IMG/VR virus record: IMGVR_UViG_3300024507_000487
DNA: 20,000 nt
Reading direction: 5' to 3' (one strand)
Origin: an uncultured virus (IMG/VR IMGVR_UViG_3300024507_000487)
Lineage: Duplodnaviria; Heunggongvirae; Uroviricota; Caudoviricetes
Shown here: positions 16,022-20,000 of the stretch, one piece after another
Layout: each line of letters opens with the position of its first letter
Position numbering within the stretch: position 1 is the first letter of the stretch
The notes under the pieces: generated by a model
Seen by the model: the letters and a program-made list of their open reading frames with translations, nothing else
Told to the model about the DNA's origin: nothing
Database searches by the model: none
Made by a program: the position numbers and the translations under genes

Positions 16022-16212
16022 CTCCAAATATATTTTTTTGTATTTTTATCTACAAAACCCTTTGGTTGTACATATAAATACACTCTGTCAGAGTTTCTTT
16101 TTGCAAAACAAACCTCTGCTATTTTATTAGCTGTATCCCTTCTCCACGCTTGAACCATACCAACAATGCATGGTTTTTTATTTGAATGTTTAATTGCATA
16201 ATATGTATGCAT
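15994..16212 (-). CDS. Hypothetical protein
   Basis: 72 aa; TAATG coupling with upstream gene. Confidence 0.65.
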   Translation of the reverse strand: MHTYYAIKHSNKKPCIVGMVQAWRRDTANKIAEVCFAKRNSDRVYLYVQPKGFVDKNTKKYIWSKFKKVADE

Positions 16213-16439
16213 TACTTCTCCAGTTCATCTACGAGCAAATCAAATTGTTCTTTAGTAAATTTACCATATTCTAATACATGAGATTTTTTATTATCTGCTG
16301 TATGTAAACAAATAGAGTTTTTATCAAATCTTAAGAATACTTTATATTCTGTATAAGAATTGAAATTAACACTAGCTCTGTATTCATTACTGGCATTCAG
16401 GTATTTTAAAAAATCTTCTTTGATCATAGTAGTGGCCAA
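16212..16439 (-). CDS. Hypothetical protein
   Basis: 75 aa; weak similarity to upstream neighbour (L.FLDA/L.YLNA, YTE, EYGKFT..(E/Q)F). Confidence 0.65.
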   Translation of the reverse strand: MATTMIKEDFLKYLNASNEYRASVNFNSYTEYKVFLRFDKNSICLHTADNKKSHVLEYGKFTKEQFDLLVDELEK

Positions 16440-16750
16440 TCATATCCTTTCTCGGCATTTGTAAGACCATTCTCATCTTCTTTATTTGCCCAATCCCAGA
16501 TTATACTAGCCTGTCTTTCAATTTCTTGTATTGCATCTAGGAATTCATTTGCAGTAAATTTGCCATATTCAAATTCAAAATATTCAGTTCCATTTTCCGA
16601 TCCTTCAACAATTGAGCCAATTATAATACGATCATCCTTGAATTCAATGAACGCCCCGCACTCTGTATATCTAAACATATTTGATCTAGCTTCTATCTCT
16701 GTCTCTGCATCAAGAAATTCTAAAATTTGTTTCTTATGCATTTTTAGCAC
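16424..16750 (-). CDS. Hypothetical phage protein
   Basis: 108 aa; YTECGA...IGSIVEGS motif. Confidence 0.7.
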   Translation of the reverse strand: MLKMHKKQILEFLDAETEIEARSNMFRYTECGAFIEFKDDRIIIGSIVEGSENGTEYFEFEYGKFTANEFLDAIQEIERQASIIWDWANKEDENGLTNAEKGYDWPLL

Positions 16751-16982
16751 CTCTTACAGCATTAATAATCTCTTGTAATGCTTCGTGCGTATAACCCCAA
16801 TCCATATTTTTATCAATAAACTCAACCAAGTTTTTCCAAACTTCTCCTTCTTTATAACTCTTAGTAACTCCCTTGTCGTTTACTTTTGTAAATATATCTG
16901 CTGTCCAGAATGCAAAAATAATATTTTTATTCCCTTCCGCTTTTGCTTCCTGCAACATCTTAATAGCGTCATCAATTTTCAT
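16734..16982 (-). CDS. Hypothetical protein
   Basis: 82 aa; GGAGG RBS. Confidence 0.65.
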   Translation of the reverse strand: MKIDDAIKMLQEAKAEGNKNIIFAFWTADIFTKVNDKGVTKSYKEGEVWKNLVEFIDKNMDWGYTHEALQEIINAVRGAKNA

Positions 16983-17212
16983 AGCTTGACCTCCAGATTA
17001 ACTTGTTTAACTTCCCAACTTAAAGTTGTTTTACTTTTTAAAAGCTTTACAACTTCCTCTGCTTCTATATAGGTTTCAAAATATAATTTATTTACAATGC
17101 TCTTTATTTCTCTCCAGAAATTAACAACATCAACTTTGCACCAACCCACAAAGTAGTAACGATCTGAAAGTCTAACCACATAAACAAAATCATCCATAAT
17201 TAATCCTTTCAT
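16979..17212 (-). CDS. Hypothetical protein
   Basis: 77 aa; ATGA overlap with next gene. Confidence 0.6.
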   Translation of the reverse strand: MKGLIMDDFVYVVRLSDRYYFVGWCKVDVVNFWREIKSIVNKLYFETYIEAEEVVKLLKSKTTLSWEVKQVNLEVKL

Positions 17213-17221
17213 TTAATAGGA

Positions 17222-17294
17222 TAGGCGTGATGGGAGTCGAACCCATACTTGAAGGATTTTAAGTCCTTTGACTCTGCCATTGGTCTACACGCCC
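17222..17294 (-). tRNA. tRNA-Leu(UAA) with short variable loop; CCA not encoded
   Basis: GGGCGTG TA GACCAATGGCAGAGTC A AAGGA CTTAAAA TCCTT CAAGT ATGGG TTCGACT CCCAT CACGCCT A; anticodon at 17259-17261. Confidence 0.9.
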
Positions 17295-17530
17295 CTTTGT
17301 CTCTTTTCGTGATAGTGACCAAGAAAAAGAGTGTTAGTAACAATCCACTCAAATTTCGTTCTTCTCTCTAATAATATCTTCGCTGTATCTGCCTTTTCCT
17401 TTACTGAAAATTGAATTGGTGTTACTTTTTTTATATCATTCCACCATTTTTTCTTTTCTTGATATGATAGTTTATTCAAACACGAATTGTCTTTTAAGCT
17501 AACAGTCCAGCCATTACCCATCTCTATCAT
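17285..17530 (-). CDS. Hypothetical protein
   Basis: 81 aa; last 10 nt overlap the tRNA-Leu 5' end. Confidence 0.55.
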   Translation of the reverse strand: MIEMGNGWTVSLKDNSCLNKLSYQEKKKWWNDIKKVTPIQFSVKEKADTAKILLERRTKFEWIVTNTLFLGHYHEKRQRGV

Positions 17531-17696
17531 TTTCCCATTCCTTTGACTTCTTTAAATATGGATAACACTCATCTAGAACTCGCCTAATATCTTCTTCTGC
17601 AAGAGGAAGTCCAGCATTTATTCTTTCGCTGTTTGTCATCCTTGATCTATCTACCAGTTCTAAGAAATCTTTTCTTGTCATATTTTTATTCCACAT
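17514..17696 (-). CDS. Hypothetical protein
   Basis: 60-aa ORF overlapping both neighbours. Confidence 0.6.
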   Translation of the reverse strand: MWNKNMTRKDFLELVDRSRMTNSERINAGLPLAEEDIRRVLDECYPYLKKSKEWENDRDG

Positions 17697-17853
17697 GAAC
17701 TATTTCAAATTTAGTTTTTTCATCCCACAACATTTTATTTGCCAAAAGTTTAGCCTCATAATTAACCCAGCTTTCAACATTTAATTCTGGCATATTGTCA
17801 GGAACATCAACTTCGACAAATATTACAATCTTAGCTTGGAATGTTCTGGGCAT
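17686..17853 (-). CDS. Small hypothetical protein (55 aa; not in ORF track)
   Basis: Hand translation MPRTFQAKIVIFVEVDVPDNMPEL...; GGAG upstream. Confidence 0.55.
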   Translation of the reverse strand: MPRTFQAKIVIFVEVDVPDNMPELNVESWVNYEAKLLANKMLWDEKTKFEIVHVE

Positions 17854-17927
17854 TATTATTTATCTCCGTTGATAAAGAATGTTTATTTAATGGGTCTGTT
17901 CGGATTTGAACCGAAAACCTAGCGATT

Positions 17928-18678
17928 CATGTTTGTGGGTATTTCTACCCTCCATGGACTATATCATTATCCCATAAGGATATCGGACGCTAGTGCGGTT
18001 ATTAAGAGGGCTTTACCTCTCCGCTAGTCTCTGCACCTTCCATTGGTGTACCAATGGCTTGGCTCAATGTTGATGGCATAATTCCATATTGCTTAGCCCA
18101 TTTTCTTATCGTATTGTCTGAAACACCATACTTTTTACCAATTTTTACAAAAGACATTTTTTCAATATCTTCTTTTAATTGATTTTTTTCAGGTCTATTA
18201 ACAATACGAGTTCCTAAAGATTGACAATCAATACCACAAAATTTTGATTGTTTATCTTGTAGTGTCCGAAAACAAATTTTGCAAAATTTAGGTTCATTAT
18301 GTGACATTTTCATTGAATTCATCCGATTCTTTCTGGCAGTTTCCAAACCAGAAGCACCTGAGTCTATCCAAGCGTGAAGTTTAGCGTGTTGGCTTCTTTC
18401 GAGAACTAATAGATTTTGATGTCTATTATCATCTCTTTTGCCATTTAAATGATGCACAACTTCTTCATCTTTTAAGTTACGACCAACACATTCTTCAGCA
18501 ACTACGATATGTTCATAAACATATCCTTCCCAATTGCTATTTTTCATAGCTCTTGAGTGTTCTGGCAAAAATATAAGTCTATAACCATTTAAGATTCTTA
18601 CATCGCTTTTCATGTTGTCTCCTTATAGTGTAATACTGTAATTATATTACACCATTTGAACCAAGAAGACAACCTCAG
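17928..18678 (-). mobile_element. Group I self-splicing intron (751 nt), Azoarcus tRNA-Ile-like core with an added P7.1
   Basis: 5' exon ends in U, intron ends in G. P1 CAU^CUGAG/CUCAGGUG; P2 UUCUGG/CCAGAA; P3 CGGAUG/CGUCCG; P4 UCAAUG/CAUUGA; GAGCCAAGC; AAGGUGCAGAGACUA; P7 GACUA/UAGUC; P9 GGGUA-GAAA-UACCC. Confidence 0.93.
18002..18613 (-). CDS. Intron-encoded HNH homing endonuclease with C-terminal Zn finger and HTH
   Basis: YVYEH.VVAE...VHHLNG.RDDNR.QNL....SQHAKLH (HNH); CKIC...CGIDC; SFVKIGKKYGVSDNTIRKW; AAGGAG RBS. Confidence 0.9.
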   Translation of the reverse strand: MKSDVRILNGYRLIFLPEHSRAMKNSNWEGYVYEHIVVAEECVGRNLKDEEVVHHLNGKRDDNRHQNLLVLERSQHAKLHAWIDSGASGLETARKNRMNSMKMSHNEPKFCKICFRTLQDKQSKFCGIDCQSLGTRIVNRPEKNQLKEDIEKMSFVKIGKKYGVSDNTIRKWAKQYGIMPSTLSQAIGTPMEGAETSGEVKPS

Positions 18679-18726
18679 ATGAGTCGCTTGCTCTAACCTA
18701 TTGAGCTACAGACCCTAATTTTATTA

Positions 18727-18939
18727 TTAGTTTTTGTCAGATGATATACATTCTTCATCTAGCTGTTGAAGAAATGCTTTTATGTCATCTAGACAATCGC
18801 CGATGGAATAACCATTATCATCGTCATCTGAAATAGGGGATTCCAAAACATTGTCAAACCTTTTTAATGACTCAATTACATCAGCCACATTAAAAAAAGC
18901 GTTAGAAGCGTTTTCAGCATTGATAGAAACTTTAGCCAT
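18727..18939 (-). CDS. Small acidic hypothetical protein
   Basis: 70 aa; AAGGA RBS. Confidence 0.65.
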   Translation of the reverse strand: MAKVSINAENASNAFFNVADVIESLKRFDNVLESPISDDDDNGYSIGDCLDDIKAFLQQLDEECISSDKN

Positions 18940-18962
18940 GATACTATCCTTTTAAACTTTTA

Positions 18963-19202
18963 TTACTTACATTTTACACAAGCAAAACCGCCACCATGCG
19001 TGATGTTCTCAAGCTTATTGAGGTTTAATGCCCCAATAGCCTTATGTAGTTCGCCAACTACTTGATTTTGTCCACGGCAATGGTCTTCATCATGCTTATA
19101 GTGTTTAATGCTGACAACAAAGTTTTCACCAACTTTACTTACATCAGCCAAAAAATCACCATGAATTGCACCTTGGGCGATTTCATTCAAATTACTTTCC
19201 AT
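18963..19202 (-). CDS. Hypothetical protein
   Basis: 79 aa; AAGGAG RBS. Confidence 0.65.
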   Translation of the reverse strand: MESNLNEIAQGAIHGDFLADVSKVGENFVVSIKHYKHDEDHCRGQNQVVGELHKAIGALNLNKLENITHGGGFACVKCK

Positions 19203-19211
19203 GTTTGCTCC

Positions 19212-19382
19212 TTAAACTTTCAATTCATTAACTTTTTCAACTTTTACCCACTCTACATAATCACCAACTGTAGAAACAAAATCTGGTTTAAGTCCACGGA
19301 TGGAGTTCTCTTTATCGTCTTCGTATGTAGATATACAAACCCTAGCTGTTACATCTACATAGATATACTTAATTTCCTTCAT
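19212..19382 (-). CDS. Small hypothetical protein (56 aa; not in ORF track)
   Basis: Hand translation MKEIKYIYVDVTARVCISTYEDD...; AAGGA RBS. Confidence 0.55.
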   Translation of the reverse strand: MKEIKYIYVDVTARVCISTYEDDKENSIRGLKPDFVSTVGDYVEWVKVEKVNELKV

Positions 19383-19659
19383 TGGTATTTCCTTTTACAT
19401 GAATGTCAAAAAGTTCGCCCAACCTTTTCTTGCTATACCTTCTTGGATTTTCCAACATAATCGTTTTAGCATCATATGGTGTTGATTCTTCTATTTCATA
19501 TACGATGCCATCCAATATTTGTTTAATGATCTTTACTGAATTTTCTTGGAATAAATAACCTCGGTCTTTTATAAATACTACGCTTTTTCTATTAAATACA
19601 TTTGGATTTTCTGTTGGTATATATCCATATATCGCCCTGTCCGATACTTTGATTTTCAT
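19369..19659 (-). CDS. Hypothetical protein
   Basis: 96 aa; AAGGA RBS. Confidence 0.65.
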   Translation of the reverse strand: MKIKVSDRAIYGYIPTENPNVFNRKSVVFIKDRGYLFQENSVKIIKQILDGIVYEIEESTPYDAKTIMLENPRRYSKKRLGELFDIHVKGNTNEGN

Positions 19660-19684
19660 GATTGATTTCCTTCATGTATAGGTA

Positions 19685-19888
19685 CTAAACAATGTAGTAA
19701 TGTAGGCTTGCACACTTTGGGCAAACTACTTCAGCTTCTTCCAATCCTTCTACTTCAAACTCAGCATGAACTTGTCCTGTGAACTTGCAGTCAATACATT
19801 CTTGATGCTCATCGTCTGGTAAAATACCAACAAAGTTTAAAACCTTTCGTCCATCTAACCATTTCAAATCTTCTAGCTTTTCATTCAT
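19685..19888 (-). CDS. Small Zn-ribbon protein
   Basis: CIDC...CPKC. Confidence 0.65.
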   Translation of the reverse strand: MNEKLEDLKWLDGRKVLNFVGILPDDEHQECIDCKFTGQVHAEFEVEGLEEAEVVCPKCASLHYYIV

Positions 19889-19911
19889 TGCTAATCCCCT
19901 TTCCTATATAT

Positions 19912-19939
19912 TTATTCGCAGTTTACTAAAAAATATTAA
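19912..19939 (-). promoter_or_regulatory. Putative promoter TTAA-N17-CGAATAA
   Basis: Intergenic copy 23 nt upstream of ATG 19888. Confidence 0.65.
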
Positions 19940-20000
19940 CAGATTTTAAAATAATTATTATTTACATATTCAATGTCATCATCTTCATCTATATGAATTA

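Larger units (their letters stand above)
17891..18715 (-). tRNA. Intron-containing tRNA-Ile2(CAU); exons 18679-18715 and 17891-17927
   Basis: Spliced GGGTCTG TA GCTCAATAGGTTAGAGC A AGCGA CTCAT^AA TCGCT AGGTT TTCGG TTCAAAT CCGAA CAGACCC A is a perfect cloverleaf. G1-C72 argues against initiator; GCGA/TCGC anticodon stem resembles Ile2 (elongator Met not formally excluded). Confidence 0.9.

Noticed and set aside
17891..18715. Reading the split tRNA as an integration site (attL/attR), an initiator tRNA, or with another splice point
   Set aside because: No duplicated tRNA segment or integrase; G1-C72 is paired; only the 36/37 junction gives a 7-nt loop with exon-terminal U, terminal G and a valid P1.
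1291..19460. Plus-strand ORFs in the track other than 12368..12997 (e.g. 1291..1590, 3564..3806, 5483..5731, 7578..7847, 14998..15273, 19062..19460)
   Set aside because: All are antisense to better supported minus-strand genes, have Phe/Ile/Ser-rich shadow composition and no motifs.
1..20000. CRISPR array, long tandem repeats or stop-codon recoding
   Set aside because: No regularly spaced repeats seen; genes tile densely under the standard code with TAA, TAG and TGA all used as stops.

Overview
AT-rich, densely packed, almost entirely minus-strand window that looks like the accessory region of a large tailed phage. A Tat-exported DUF1501 protein and several small ORFs resembling planctomycete families suggest a Planctomycetota host (inference). 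No structural or replication genes are present. Recognisable genes: a GT2-methyltransferase fusion, two further glycosyltransferases, csrA, a CmoA-like SAM enzyme coupled to a C5 cytosine methyltransferase with a nested alternative-frame ORF, a short-variable-arm tRNA-Leu(UAA), and a tRNA-Ile2(CAU) split by a 751-nt group I intron. Highlights: (1) the intron's HNH endonuclease ORF reads in frame through most of the ribozyme core, with its domains in two different loops (L1 and L5); (2) two diverged copies of an unrecognised CCA-ended, two-armed tRNA-like RNA with covarying stems; (3) a candidate non-methyl cytosine modification module; (4) a recurrent sigma28-like promoter motif TAAA-N17-CGAATAA. 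All family assignments are by-eye motif recognition; no searches were run.
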